A DNA stretch of 64,000 nucleotides from Eledone cirrhosa (GCA_964016885.1 OZ024746.1:42222001-42286000), one strand, 5' to 3'; positions 25,041 through 39,149 are shown, numbered from the stretch's first letter. Translations and numbers: made by a program. Notes: a model not told the origin generated them from the letters alone.

Positions 25041-27120
25041 ACAACGATGGCAACAACAATCATGATGATGAAGACTTTCCATGGTTATTAGAGTTTACTG
25101 TAACTTGGTGTGTTTTCTTTTTCTTTGGAATGTTATACTTTATAACACAGTAAAGTGGTATGCTATATTCTTATTCTTTATTATAGATATGTTTTCATGT
25201 TTCATATTGATCAAAAGAAATAAAGATATGCAGTATTCTTCCCATGTTTCATGCTACACCAAAACTGGTTCATCTGTAGAACTGAATATTATTTCTAGTT
25301 CCACAGAAGGGTTACTTAAGTTTTACTTCACAACAAAACATATTTATTATTTTAAACATGAAGTTTCCTTAGATTCTTTGAAATGTTTTATATGGAAAAG
25401 TTTTGAACTTTTTTTTAAATAAAAAAATTCAATTGACAAATATGTTTTCACATTCTGACATTTGTCATAACTCTCATTGTTCTAAACGTGATCATTTTCA
25501 CTAGAAAATATTATGATGCCATTTATTATTTTTTTTATTTCAAAGAGAAATAGAATAAAACACATTTAAACAAAAATAATAATTCAAAATTAGCGCATCA
25601 GCCAGTATGTCTTGCAGAGCTAATGTATTGTTAGTCATTCCATTTTAAATGCTGATCAGAATAAATTATCACTGTATGGTTTCTGGAGGGAAAAAAGCTT
25701 CATCTATGCAAAAGTCTTTAGCAAATGTGACCTTAATTACAACTAATTTTTAACTTGCCAAATTTCAATTTAACAACTTGAAATTTTTGTTACTTAGTCA
25801 CAGTGAAGAATAGTGCCCATGACTCTTTACGGGGTTTCTGCGTTTGCTGGGAATGAAAGTATCTTTAAATACTTGCTTCAGAGCTAGGTGGCAGTGTGAA
25901 AGTGGATGATTGATTAGATATATTCCCAATAAGTCAAGGCAGTATTTGAACTCAGAAAACAAAGAGCTAGAACAAATACTATAATCATCTGATGTGATAC
26001 TCTAACAATTCTGCCTGCCTACTTTCATAGAATGGTACATATTTATTGATCCAATTCTCTAACTCTTCTCCCAATGAGCTACCTTAATTTGCTAAATATG
26101 TATTCATGTATAGATAGATATATTTACGAAATATTATAAACACATTTATATAATACACTTGTGAGTGGTATTTCACAATGTCTTGTGAACGTCTCATCCC
26201 AACCTATAGCTATAGTAGAGGACACTGTCCAAAAGTGTCACACCATAGGATTGAACTTAGAGCCAAGAGGTTACAAAACAAATTTCTTTACTGCACAGCT
26301 ATTCCTAATCCTGCTTTAATGATTTATCAGAGAAAACGTAATAAATTAAAAGGAAATGCTCATAAGTAAATGAATAAGCAAGTTTTGCCAAAACCAATCA
26401 CTAACTACTTTAATCCTTCAGTATTATATATCTTCTTCATGAGAACAAAAAGAATTACATCAGTTTTATTTTGCTTTATCATAAACAAACATAATTTTAT
26501 ATGATTTTATTAGTAGGTAGTACTAATAAAATAATAAATACAAACTAAAGAAGCAGTAATGGTTAAATATAATTGAAAAAAACTTAATAACCAGATAATT
26601 GTAGGCAACTAAGTACATGTTTTGTTATGAGATGTTGGCTGATTTCGAATAGGTAATGGTTTTGTAAACATTTACTTCTTCGGAAACAGTTGTAAAGAGA
26701 AAACATATACAAGAATGCATGATAGTAGTTCCTCCCTTATGCATACCTGTCAGAGGATTTATTATAACCTATGTTCTGTGTTTTAAATATTCTTAATATT
26801 TTCTGTCGTATTTCTTTAGAAAAAGGGTAAATAAATAAACAACTAGCTGAAACTATTTTTCAGTTTTATGCCTTGAATATATAATGCTCATCTTTGGGGG
26901 TGTAAATGTTTAGTTATGCAGTCTATCGTCTTGAATCTATTTTTCTTATAAGTAGTTGCTGGAAGGTTTTTATTCTTTGTTTCCATAAAAAGATTTACAT
27001 CTTATAAATATATACACACATATATATTATTTATATATATATATATATATAATCATAATATATATTATATATATAAGAGAAGAGTTGGTAAAAAAAGTAT
27101 CTTGAGAACAAATTATGAAC

Positions 27121-27200
27121 ACATCTATCTAACTATACTTACATTTGCATACATACTCACATCTATCTAACTATACTTACATTTGCATACATACTCACAT
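27121..27200. repeat. 38-bp exact tandem duplication
   Basis: acatctatctaactatacttacatttgcatacatactc occurs twice. Confidence 0.9.
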
Positions 27201-27770
27201 ACATGCACATAAATGCAAACATGTGTACTTGCCCATGTACTCATACATAATCATATACATGTACACAAATAAATGATGATGTCAATCATGTAGTTAAGAC
27301 TATTTTCCTGTGAAGAAGAAACACTCAAGATTAAATGATTAATGATTAAAATGCCTGATTATTCATGTAGTTTATGGTTCTATATTTACAGAGATCAATT
27401 TTCAAAACCTATTGCCAGTAGAAATTCACATCATGTCTAAAAAGATTTTAAATAATTGATATTTGCTTCTTTTTTTTTGTTACTCCTACACTAGTAGTAA
27501 CATATTGATGAATATGTGAGATTTTTCTTCTCTTTGTTTCGTAGTTGTAAAGTTCAGAAGTCTATTCTATATGATACTTCATGTGAATGGTATTATTGTA
27601 ACTTTAACCTTAACTGGAAGACACATAAAGCATATATTTTTTCAAATGTTCATACTGAAGAATAAGACTAGCATATTGTATTTATTTTAATTTTATATTA
27701 CACTGTATAGACAATAGCATTGTTGTTTAGAGATTTTCAATGGACCTAACATTGTTTTTTTATTTTTTAG

Positions 27771-27815
27771 CACTGACATTAGTGAGAGAAAAAAGGAAGG
27801 AACAAATAACACAAG
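27771..27815 (+). other. Candidate 45-bp exon of an unidentified host gene
   Basis: Strong acceptor tttttttattttttag and donor aag|gtattt; one frame is open (TDISERKKEGTNNT). No homology recognised. Confidence 0.25.
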
Positions 27816-27913
27816 GTATTTTTATTTGTAAGCACTCAAGTATTGGTTTTCACTGATATTCATTTGAGGAAGATACACACACATATAAAATGTATACATA
27901 TATATATACAATA

Positions 27914-28801
27914 CTAGCAGTGGTACCTGGCGTTGCATGAGATAAGGTATTTTGGAACGCAGGCCGCCAACAGACCTAATCGTGGAAAAACTGCATGCCT
28001 GGACAATATGTAAAGAAAATAAACCGAATACTCTGATGGCTGGATAATCTTTAAGATTTTACTCGATGAAGCAGCAAAAAAGGGATCAAGAAAATGAATT
28101 TTTTTTATGTGCATAATATGCCTTGAAATTTCGGGAAAATCAGCTAGACGTAACGCCTCAAAAAAGCCGTAAAAAGCTGAAAAAAACATGAAGTTTTTCA
28201 CCTAATGTAGGCCCTAGGCCATAAAAAAGTTGGATTGTCTTTGCTCATGGTATGAAGAAGAGACTGACTATTACATAGTTACAATTTCAAGGAAATTGGT
28301 CTGGCGTAATGCCTCAAAAACCCCCTAAAAACCTGAAAAAACGCAGTTTTCACCTAATGTGGGACCTAGGGGATCAAAAAGTTGAATTTTTTATGTGCAT
28401 AACACTCCCTGAAAGTTAAGTAATACACATGTAAAGTTTTTAAAAAGTCGGTTGGGTATTTCTCGAGTTTTAGGAATTCAAACTCACAGACACACAGACA
28501 CACACAGGCAGACATCCTCAGGGAAGTGACGTAATGCAGACAGCCAGACATACAGACAGATATTATAAGGGCGCGACGTTATATGTATGTATCTATCTAA
28601 AAAGAGAAAGACTAGATCGCTAAATCGCCTAATGGGCATTGAAAATTTGAAATCTTTTTGCTCAGAAGACTCCCTGAAACATAAGTATTACATGTGTAAA
28701 GTTTCAAAACAGTCGGGTAGGTGTTTCTCGAGTTTTAGGGATTCAAACTCACACACACACACACACACACAGACAGACATCCTCAGTTTTATATATATAG
28801 A
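27914..28801 (-). mobile_element. Non-autonomous Helitron-like element (copy 1)
   Basis: Minus strand starts TCTATATATATAAAACTGAGGATGTCTGTCTGTGTG and ends with a degenerate GC hairpin plus ..CTGCTAG|T; no TSD; internal duplications. Confidence 0.75.
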
Positions 28802-29738
28802 CTAGCAGAAAACCACCTGGTGGGCGGTGTTCTGCTAGCAAATCTAGTGTATATACTGATATTGTTGAGATTTGGATGAGAAATGTTTTCGGCACCACAT
28901 GTTCACCGTCTCTCGGTGTGTCTTTTATGCATGTATAAATATATATGTTATCTATACGGTGAAATCTTTGAAATAAATATATGTTAAAACGAAAAAGAAG
29001 AAAATAAATAACTGGCGGTTAGAAAAAAATATTCCTATGAAATTTTAATCATACCATTAGGTGTGAATAAGGAAATATTTTTTTATTGTCAAAGCAAATG
29101 TTCAAAAGTTAAACTTCAATTTTTTTAATTATTTCCAATCTTTTCATGAAATTGAACACTGGACATTGGCTGCTGGAAATGGAAATTAAATCGTATTTAA
29201 TTCTATTTAAATTTCTAACCTTATTTTATTATTTATATTTTTTCAATAAGAAATAAAAAAAATAAAAAAAAAATTGAAGAAAAAAATTGAACAAATCAAA
29301 CGTAGGTTATGAAACTGCGCAATCTGATTAATAAATTACCTCATCAGCAGCAACCTTCTTCAAATGGTCCTTATTATCAGCAGCAACAACCACAAATTCA
29401 ATGGCAACCTTCTTCAAACCACAAATTCAATGGCAACCTTCTTCGTGTGGTGTCAAGTCAGAACTGCCTCGAACTGGTTACTTCTGGCTTGTGCAAGGTG
29501 TCTCTATAGCAACCAGCTATTCCCTCGGCCTCAGTGACCAAAGTCAGTGGAGAGAGGAAGGTAATATTTCTGTAGCACGTGTTTTAGCGTCTATTCACTC
29601 TCTCTCTCTCCCTCTCTTCCTCCCGCTATCCCCCTCTCGTAGTCTGTCTCTTTCTTTCACTCTCACTCTCTCTCTACGCACGTGTTTCCACTGTCGGACA
29701 GACAGACAGAGAAATTGCTGGTTATATATATAAGTAGA
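28802..29738 (-). mobile_element. Non-autonomous Helitron-like element (copy 2)
   Basis: Minus strand A|TCTACTTATATATATAACC..TGTCTGTC at the 5' end; hairpin accgcc-cacca-ggtggt 10 nt before the terminal CTAG; abuts copy 1. Confidence 0.7.
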
Positions 29739-29809
29739 TAACACAGATTCTGGATAAACAGCAGCTCCTTATAATCTCTAAATTGGAGAAGATTTTTGTT
29801 GAGTTAAAG

Positions 29810-29932
29810 CAGGGCCATTCTGCTGCTGAGGCCCTAAGCTATATGAAATTTGAGGTCTTTCTCTAAAAAAATATAATTATTATAAAGAATAAATTTATAT
29901 ATATATATATATAGAGTGAGAGAGAGAGAGAG

Positions 29933-29987
<55 letters not shown>

Positions 29988-30096
29988 ATTGTTGATGATT
30001 TAGTGTTAAAGAATAAAATCTTACAATGAAATAAAAATATATGTCCCCGAGTGTGTGTGGCCCTAAGCTATAGCTTATATAGTAAATCCAGCATTG
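29810..30096. mobile_element. hAT-type MITE with 8-bp TSD
   Basis: agttaaag is duplicated at 29802-29809 and 30097-30104; imperfect TIRs cagggccatt / aatccagcattg; subterminal ggccctaagctata occurs twice; internal TA tract. Confidence 0.75.
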
Positions 30097-31899
30097 AGTT
30101 AAAGGCTTAGAAAGCATAAATCAGCTAAGGCTATAGAAGTTATCTCTCTTGCTTGTTTCGCAACCCTATAGGCATTTTCAATATTGAAATTGTGAAATTG
30201 TGATGGGGTATTTTTATCCACTCACCATATTCAGACAGTGAGACTTTATTTAAATATTTCCTATTTATAAATAATGCTTCCCTTGGGCATGTTGCTAAAA
30301 CTTTGTTGACATACATATTCAGTGCATTATTCTTCCCTTTGTCTATATTTTTATCAGGTGTGTTTTAGTCAGAACAACTTATGAAGTGAATAAATATTCT
30401 TCACTGGGAGATCTGATGTCTGCTCATTTCATGAAGCTGGCTTATAGACAAAGTGTACCTCCATATATATAACCAGTGTTCTACACAGTTTATGATTAAG
30501 AAATTCAATTCGCAATGTAATGGAATGGTCATATTCCAAAGGTGCTGTGAAATGGGATTGAACTTAGAAGCATGTGACTGTGAGGCAAACTTTTAATTAC
30601 TCAGTCTTGCCCAATCCCATGACTTGCTTTTGTAAGAATGGTTTGAAATGGAATATTAATTTAAATTCACTGAACATGAGAATCACATTTCAGTATTTTG
30701 TTCACTAAATGATAAGGTTAAATACATTAAAAAAAAAACGTTTTATGCATTAAATTATATTTTATTACATAATCCATGTTGGCATCATTTATAAACTATT
30801 TTGTTTCTTTTAGTTGGTGATTGCTTATTGGATATTTAACAATTTCTCTATTTATATTTTGATATCCATTTATGTCTTAAATTTTATCTTTTATGGATGT
30901 AGAATTGCTAAATTATTGAATATGATGTATCATATAAAGTAATATTTCCTAGTGTTTGTAGTTACTTTGATGACTATTAAACTGTTCTTGTGGAGTTAGT
31001 TGCAGTTATGTGCCTGGTATATAAATATAGGAGGATATGATAGTGTTAGCATAGGATGTTATATGACAAAATTATATTGTCTGAATAGAGGTTGAAAAGG
31101 CTATAAGAGATAGAACAGATCATTGAAAACTGCATATGAACACCATTAAAAGACTTGTTATTAAATAATATATAGCTCTATAATCATCAGAAATTGTCAG
31201 TCAGGCATATTTGCTTTGTTAGGGATATTCTAAGAATACATTTCATTAGTGATTGACAGCAATTTAGTTGAAACCATTATTGATGTTGATTGTGATTTCT
31301 CTTTGTTAGATCCAGTTAATGCATATTAAAGAAGTTAAGAGAGTTTATGTTTTGTCTTTTATATATTATGTATATAATCCAAACCTAGAGTTCTAAGAGA
31401 TTGTAAGGCAGCCAATAGTTATTGTTGATATCTAATGTGTTCAGTATGTTTTATGAGTAAATAACAAAGGATTGAATGGAAACATTTGCTTATAGCAATG
31501 GCATTGAGAATGGTATGTGTTAGAAGCTAGTTGTTACTGAAGATATTGAATACTTCTTGTGAGTGTTGAGTTAGCAGGATGGCCAGTAAGATGAGTATTG
31601 TGGGAGTGGGGAATATATATTTGTTTTTAGCTAGCTTTGACCTATAAATAGAAGTAGGCAATATAATGCTTCATTCAGTCCCATAGACATTCTGCCATTA
31701 TTATGGACACGGTGTCTTGAAATTTAAGACATAACAGCTGGTGATGGTATCACTTTTTCCAACATATTATTGGTCAACAGAGACAGGTAGACCTAGATAA
31801 AGGTAGAAGTACCATGTTGAAGAGGCTTCATCCTGCAGTTGATCAACTGGAGATGAATGGAATGGAATAACATGAAATTACATTTGGATGATGAATGTA

Positions 31900-32205
31900 C
31901 ATAGCTTAGTGGTGAGTGTGTTCAGTTTACAACCGTAAGCTCATGAGTTTGATTCCCAGTAACTGGTTGTGTCCTTGAGCAAGAAACTTTATTTCTTTAT
32001 GTTACTTCACTTCACTCAGCTGGTGAAAATGAGTTGTATTTGTAATTCAAAGTGCTAGCCTTGTCACACACTGTGTTATACTGAATCTCCCTGAGAACTA
32101 TGATAAGAGTACATGTGTCTGGGAAATGCTAATTAATTTCATGAACAAGCTGTGTCATTAACCATATTAACTGGAACGTGCATTGTCCGAACTGACAGAG
32201 GGTGA
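31900..32205 (+). mobile_element. tRNA-derived CORE-like SINE (family S3)
   Basis: A box tagcttagtgg, B box gagtttgattccc, then tgtgtccttgagcaagaaacttta (CORE-like). A more decayed relative lies near 57000-57130. Confidence 0.65.
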
Positions 32206-32487
32206 ACATACATACAACATTCATATTTGGAGGGTGTTTCTTGAAAGAGACTAGCAAATTTGGCATATACATTATGAAGTTGAAACAGCTATGTTAAAGT
32301 TCCATTACTGGCTCATTTGTTTACAATCGATCTGTTTAGAATCTTTGCGGAAGTGTATATGACTAATGGGCTTACAGAGTAGGATACATACTTATTTTAT
32401 AAATCTTTACAATTTATTCAGTTTACATAATTGTTGTATGAAAGAAAAGCATTGTAAATTTGATTTCCACTAAGAGATATATAGATG

Positions 32488-33270
32488 TCTTCATCATCAT
32501 TATTATAGTCTTCATCATCATTATTATGATCATCATCATCACCATTCCTAGTTCCTATGCTTACATGTGTTAGATGAGACCTCACATTCTGAAACCAGAT
32601 TGGTTGGGTTGGAGAATCACATTTTACTCTTATGTTCCATTTTTATCATGATTTATGTGACTGGACGACCTTTCCTAAGGCCACCCACTTTACTGAATAT
32701 ACGTGGTCCCAGCATTCACTGTGTACTCAACCAGGCTGAGAAAAGCAGTTATAGTTGTGGGTGTGTAGGGCAAGATACATGTAGTTTGTCAAGGGAGAAA
32801 ATCATCCCACAATGGGAAATGGAGAGAAGAGTAAGTGTTGAGTTCTGAGGGTGGCATATTGGAAGGGGAGGCTTAAGTGTTTTACACTTCTCTGCTTCTT
32901 CACTGATCTTCTTCATATTAATTTCATCCTGTTCGAGTTTTCTGTAGCACAATGTATCATCAGTCAATATGGCCCTGGGTCATCTTCATGAGGTCAGTCT
33001 CTGTGCATCATCCCAAGATCTCCTAGGTCATCCTCTTCCATAGGTTTCATTAATTTCAAATGCCCTGCATTTCTTTATTTACCTATTCTCCTCGCTATGC
33101 AACACATGTCTATACCAGTGCTGTCTTATTTCTTCTATACTGCATCAAGTCCATCTTGTATTGAGCTTTACTCTTATTTTATTAAGGCTTCATCATTTAA
33201 GCACACTACTTTTACACATCCATCAGAGCATGCTCACTATTCCTTTCCAGTCTTTGCAGTACATTTGCAT
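32488..33270 (-). mobile_element. Old RTE 3' ORF fragment with long 3' extension and (ATG)n tail
   Basis: Minus strand WYRHVLH..IKKC..RG*PRRSWDD at about 33000-33120, module at about 32655-32700, tail at 32488-32570. Confidence 0.6.
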
Positions 33271-35699
33271 ACAGTAGCTTATAAGATTGAAAGTGTTTCA
33301 TTGGTTTTTCGAGTGTGCTTTTGTTATATAATTGACTGTTTACAAAGTATTTATATTGGTTCGGCTTATATCTTTACATGGATTTGTTTTTTATAGTTGA
33401 TTTTAAAAAAATGTTTCATAAGATTTTATGTGGTTGTTGAGATTATGTTTGTTGCACAAAAGCTGATCTTTTGTGAGTAATCATAGTCAGCTTAAATATG
33501 TTGATATCTTAGTGTGAATGGTTTTCAGGAGTATATTTTGGATGCTTTAGGTTGCTCTGTGAGTTGCAGTCGATGAAAGTTCTTGGGTATAAATGAGATT
33601 TATGTGTTATTTAGGATTGGTGGGATTATAGATTTAGATTATCGCAGGTAGGAAATTGTTAACAGTAACAAAATAGTAGTAATATACTAGTTCATAAAAG
33701 TTGGTAAACTAAACAACTGTGGCATTACTTTTATCATTTGATATAATGGCCACCTCCTTCTAATTATGGAGTTATTTAATTATAGAAACTTATTCTAGGA
33801 AGTATAGGAATAATTAACTTTCTGAGTATAATTAATTTTGTCTAGATAATGCTGCAGTTTTTATAAAAACCACTGTAGTTTCTCTCACTAGAATTCTAAT
33901 TTATATGAATAAAGCAGTTTGAAACCATTCTTGCAACTAGGGAAGAAAACATTTCGGGATTAATAGTACCAGAATCAATGTTCAGCGTCTTTCCTAAACC
34001 TGGAACTGTTTCTTTTATAAGAAATAAGTACAGGTTTATCAGTTTGGGTTAATTTTCCAATAACAGAATTTTGAGGTATTGCAGAGAGTAGTTGGTATAG
34101 ATGTCAACAAAAGGTATAGGTGCTGGTTTGGCATGTGTAAAGGTGTACCAGCTGGTTCAAAGTTACATTGTGTTTGAATAAAGTAGGAATGCCAACAACA
34201 CATTGACAGTGAGGAAACATCTACATGATTTTTGATCTGTTAAAAATACCAGCCAAATTTCCCTCATGTCATTCTTCACCTTTTAAAAAACAAATATACT
34301 GGATAATATACCCTTAATGGTGCTTTGCTTGAGAAGAAATATGTGATGATCACAGCTAGACTGCTTATGATCATAGATCTGCTTGATCCAATTCACCATG
34401 GGCAAAAGTACAATAACTGATAGTTAAATATAGTATATGTCTAATATTTTTTAATCTTTTCCTTAATTATAATTTTAGAAAGAGAGGTACTCAATACATT
34501 AGTAGAGAATAAGAAGTTTTTTTGTTTTTTTTTAATGACTTTTACAGGACTAGAACTGTTTCATTCATATGAAATCCTCATACCGATGATTTCATATGAA
34601 TGAACAATTCTAGAAGAATAAGAAAATTCATAAAAGAGTTTGGTAGAAAAGAAGTGTAGAATCTAATATTTTTGAGAGTGATTGCATTGCCTCTCTTCAC
34701 CACACACAGACATAGAGCAGCATGTCTAAAATCTTAGATTCTACATCTCTTAAGGTAATTAAACTTCACAAACTCTTCTGAAAACTCTCTAATGAACTAA
34801 TTGTTGTTAATACAGACTGACACTGGTTGCTTCAGATTTCAAATTTTACCATATTTAGTATGGAGACTGATGGAGTAATATCATACTATGTATGATGTGG
34901 TAGATAACTAACAGTGAATGAAATTCATGTGTTGAAAATTGTTAGAATATTTTTTCGTGTAGTGTGATAATAGAAAATCAACTTTAAATAAGAATAAATG
35001 AATATTTTGATTCATATTAAATTCTTTAAAACATACATCTTGTCATCTCTAATAAAACGAAAGCTGAGAAATTGTTGTTAATTTAATTTATAAAGTGATT
35101 TATTTTTTCCCTGGTAGAATCTGAGATTGTATTAGTAAAATAATTTTTTAAATATTTAGAATTAGGTGTGAAATAATTCGTGTATGTATGAATGTTTATT
35201 AAAATTTGAGTTCCTAAATACAAAAATGAAGGGTACACTTTAACCAATGAAATATTAATAAAGCAGTTTGGGGTTTTGGAAAAATATATATTTAAAAAAA
35301 TGTCTACACACATTTTCCTACAGAAGATGGTTTTGAAAATTTGGACTCTTTTTAATAATGTTGGAGCAATTGTTTTATATGTAGCTGCTTCTCCTGTCAT
35401 TAACCACTCAATGGCATTATAAGGATGAATCTATGTTTTTCTAGTTAAGAGAAAAATATGTGTCCAAGACCTTTTCATGCCCTTTAAAAGATTGAAATAT
35501 ATAACGGTTATGTTCAGCTTGAGCATCTACAATTCAACTTTGACAAAAAAATATGGATAGGATCAATAATATGGGGCAGAAGGAACAGGGATTAAGAACA
35601 GATTGGGTTCTTGGAGAATGACCTGATCTATATGACAAGAAGAGATGAGATGAGTGTGTTTGTTTGGCTTGTGTGAAGATGGTAGGCAACTATATTTGG

Positions 35700-36520
35700 A
35701 CAACATTTGTTTAGATGTAATCAGTGATATATATTTACATATAGTAGCAATACCATCTTAAAAGTGGGAGCAATATTCTATTGTGGGATGGATTTGTAGT
35801 TTCTAGAAAGCTAGTAAGTTTTTGGAGTATTTGTTTTTACCCTGAAGAAAGCTATTTACTGGGATATGAGATTACCAAGAGCAGGAAGTGTGCACTACAA
35901 GATCTCAAAAACTTTTACTTGGTGAATGTTTTTGATATCTTCATTTGTGGTAGCAGTGCAAGTTAAGTATTTTATTTCATGTGAATGATGCTTGTCTATG
36001 GAAGGTTAAAGAAGTCTGGAATATTTGTTGTTAGAGCTTATTAATATACATGAGTAAGAGTGTGAGATACATAACCAAATCTTGAAACAGACCAGCATTA
36101 AAGCGGAGGTTAGAGAACACTTCATCAGTACATGCTGTGTTAGTCCGATCTGACATGAAGCTTACAAACTAAGAGGCAAGTTTGGTTGAAGCTCATAGAA
36201 AGGCAGTTTAGTAAGGTGATTTTTTGTGCCAGGCATAGTCAAACACTTAGCACATGAAAGGTTATGGTAGAGCGAAAAGTGATAGATTTGTATTGGAATG
36301 TTAGAAGGAACAGCTAGTAGGTTGTTAATGTACATACAAACTGAGGCAAGTGGAGTTATTTGATTTTTACAAGGCTACAAAGAAAATCCTGTTCAGTATC
36401 TCAGATACACTCTGCTAATCTATTGTGTCAGTTGAGGTTGTAGTTCAGATTTAGGTCAGATTTCTACTTAATCATGCCTAGCTTGTTTTTATTGTAATGC
36501 ATGTTATTCTAAGATTTAGA
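35700..36520 (-). mobile_element. Possible very old CR1/L2-like LINE relic
   Basis: Strand-skewed composition and a faint KAFD..LL.KL-like trace near 36200-36260; heavily decayed. Confidence 0.25.
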
Positions 36521-37090
36521 GCTTGAACAAGTGAATTTCGTTTCAAAGACAATAGGAATTGTTATGGAATATTTGACTGATATATTGCATAGCTCAAGTG
36601 AATATATATATATTTCGTTGCAAAGGAATATCTGCAAAAACAATTGGTTATATTATTTCCTTACTGAAGCAAGTAAATTGATAGTGACAATGATATCATT
36701 TGGGAATAATGTACAAAAGTATTAGATAGTGTTTTCAAATATATCAGATGAAGATTCCTAGGTGTTTCTTGTTTAGAAAATAAAGGTTTCATATATTTAC
36801 AAATTTTTTCTCACTTGAATCTAATTGTAATTGGTTTCTCAGCCCTTGGTCTATTTGAGTCTTGCTATTGCTGAAAGAAAAAATAATTTACGGACTTAAA
36901 CTCTTAAAATAACTATTATAACTGTATAAATCTAATTATTTGTTTAATGAGTACGACTCACACTATTGCTGCTGGTCATTGTTATAATAATAGAATGACC
37001 AATAACAAATGTTTTATATATATACACGGTATATTACCAACTATACTATACATGCATTCATGTATACATCGCTATTTCAGCGCACCAATC

Positions 37091-37139
<49 letters not shown>

Positions 37140-37329
37140 AACTTTTTCTTTTCAGGCACTTTTAATTAGTCTATATAATTGTTATTCTAATTGTTTATTT
37201 GATAATTGTTATTCTAATTGTTTATTTGATAAAGTTATAAGATGTTAACACACCAAATCTCTTTTTTCCAGGTTGAAGTTTTGGACTGCTACAGTACTTT
37301 AAACATTACCTGTCATATATGTATTGTCA

Positions 37330-38460
37330 CAGCTGACTGGTTCCACAAAGCTGTTGAGACGTAAGGACAACTTGGAGGTTTGATATGCAATAAAGTTTTG
37401 TGTCAAGCTCGACAAAATCACTATAGAAACCTATGAAATGGTCAAAACTGTTTATGAACTAACTTTCATGAGCCAGGTGACTGTTTTCCACTGGCACAAG
37501 AAGTTCCAAGAGAGCAGAGAGTAGGTGAGGGACGCTAAGAGTTGTGGCAGGAAGAGAGATATCAGGACGCCAAAGCTGGTTGACAAAATTCACAAATTAC
37601 TTGACAAGGACTGTTGTGCTTCTCTTCTGATGATTGTGAAACAATTTGAAGTGGCTGAGGACACGGTGCACAGAGTCATTTATGACTGAATATGCACAAA
37701 ATTTGTGCAGAGTATATTCCCAGGGCGCTCAAAGAAAATCAAAGACAAAGGCATGCTGAGGACAGCAGGGAGATAGTTGACTCGATTGTTTTGAATATAA
37801 GTGGCCTTGAGGCTTTGGCAACATGTGATGAGAGCTGGGTCTACTGTTATGATCCAGAGACCAAGAGACAGAGTGCCTGTGGAAACATTCTGACTGCCCA
37901 AGACCCAAGAAGGCCAAGTAAAGTAGGTCCACTGAGAAGCTCATGATGATCCCATTCTTCAACAAGGGCATCATCTACATTCACTGCATCCCTCACGGCC
38001 AGACATTCAACAAAGAATACTATGTAGAGGTTTTGAGGCAGTTCAGAAAGAGATTTTGTTGCAGTATACCAGAACTCTTCATGTCTAGTCAATGGCACAT
38101 GCACCAGGACTATGCCCCCTGCCACAAATAGATCCTGGTGACCAACTACTTGGCCAATATGGGGATTAAGACTATCCTTCATACTTTCTAACAGTCCAGT
38201 GACTTTTGAATGTTCTTAAACCTGAAGGAGAAGCTCAGGGGTATCTGCTTTGAGGATGTGGAGGAGATGAAAGAGGCTGTGACAAGTGTCCTTGACAGCT
38301 TCACTTTGGAGGACTATAAGGAGGCCTTCCAGAAGTGACTGGAGTGCTAAAATAAGTGCATTGAATTTGGAGGATCCTACTTTAAGAGAGACCAGAGTTT
38401 TGTGTTGATCTGAGTTTGATAAATGTCTCTCTGATAAAGGTTTCATAACCTCTTGAGTGT
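37330..38460 (+). mobile_element. Degenerate mariner (Tc1/mariner) transposon
   Basis: Pieces: YAIKFCVKLDK..ETYEM..VFHWHKKFQE (HTH), KICAEYIPRAL (WVPHEL equivalent), TCDESWVYCYDPETKRQS (D1), GQTFNKEYYVEVL, WHMHQDYAPCH (D2), partly deleted YSPDL region, KCIEFGGSYF at the end. Bounded by TA microsatellites; a matching 5' TIR was not found. Confidence 0.9.
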
Positions 38461-38484
38461 ACATATATATAACAAATATACTAA

Positions 38485-38487
<3 letters not shown>

Positions 38488-38579
<92 letters not shown>
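38488..38579. repeat. (CT)n(TA)n compound microsatellite
   Basis: Read directly from the sequence. Confidence 0.95.
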
Positions 38580-38581
<2 letters not shown>

Positions 38582-39119
38582 ATGAGGTGTGCATGTGTAC
38601 ATGTGTAATGTATTGAACAAATAATAATTAGTATGTTAAAAATATTCATAATTTTAAAATCTAATTAACTTAAATCAATCAATTTTCTCAAAACAACATT
38701 ATCACCTAATTATTATAGAATGTTATTTCATTTTAAATGTACTGCCTTTTTGCTTTCTCTCGAGTTTCAATTGTTTCACAAGATATATTACTTATATTTC
38801 ATTTATTGCTCAGCAGCATTGAAAAATCAATGTAAATTTCTAAAATAGATTTCACTTCTATTCTCATATATTTCTAGCTGCCCAATCCCTTCTATTTTCT
38901 CTGGTTCAATTTTGCTTCAACAAATATAAACAGAGTAAATCTCTTTTAGTTTTAGTAGGCTTCAGTTGAGACATTGTAAATTAAAAATGCTTTTTTTTAG
39001 TATAGTAATGGTATTAGAAATTTAAAACTTATTTGTGGATGCTTTCCTTATGAATATTTCTGTACTGTGTGAGGTGGGACTTGAGATTCAAATAGAATCA
39101 ATCATGATCTTCCTTCTGT

Positions 39120-39149
<30 letters not shown>

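Noticed and set aside
37175-37232. 27-bp tandem duplication near the mariner 5' side as a possible TIR
   Set aside because: It is a direct repeat and has no inverted counterpart at the 3' end.
37330-38460. Domesticated SETMAR-like gene or active transposase
   Set aside because: Multiple stops, frameshifts and a deletion at the YSPDL region; no SET domain.
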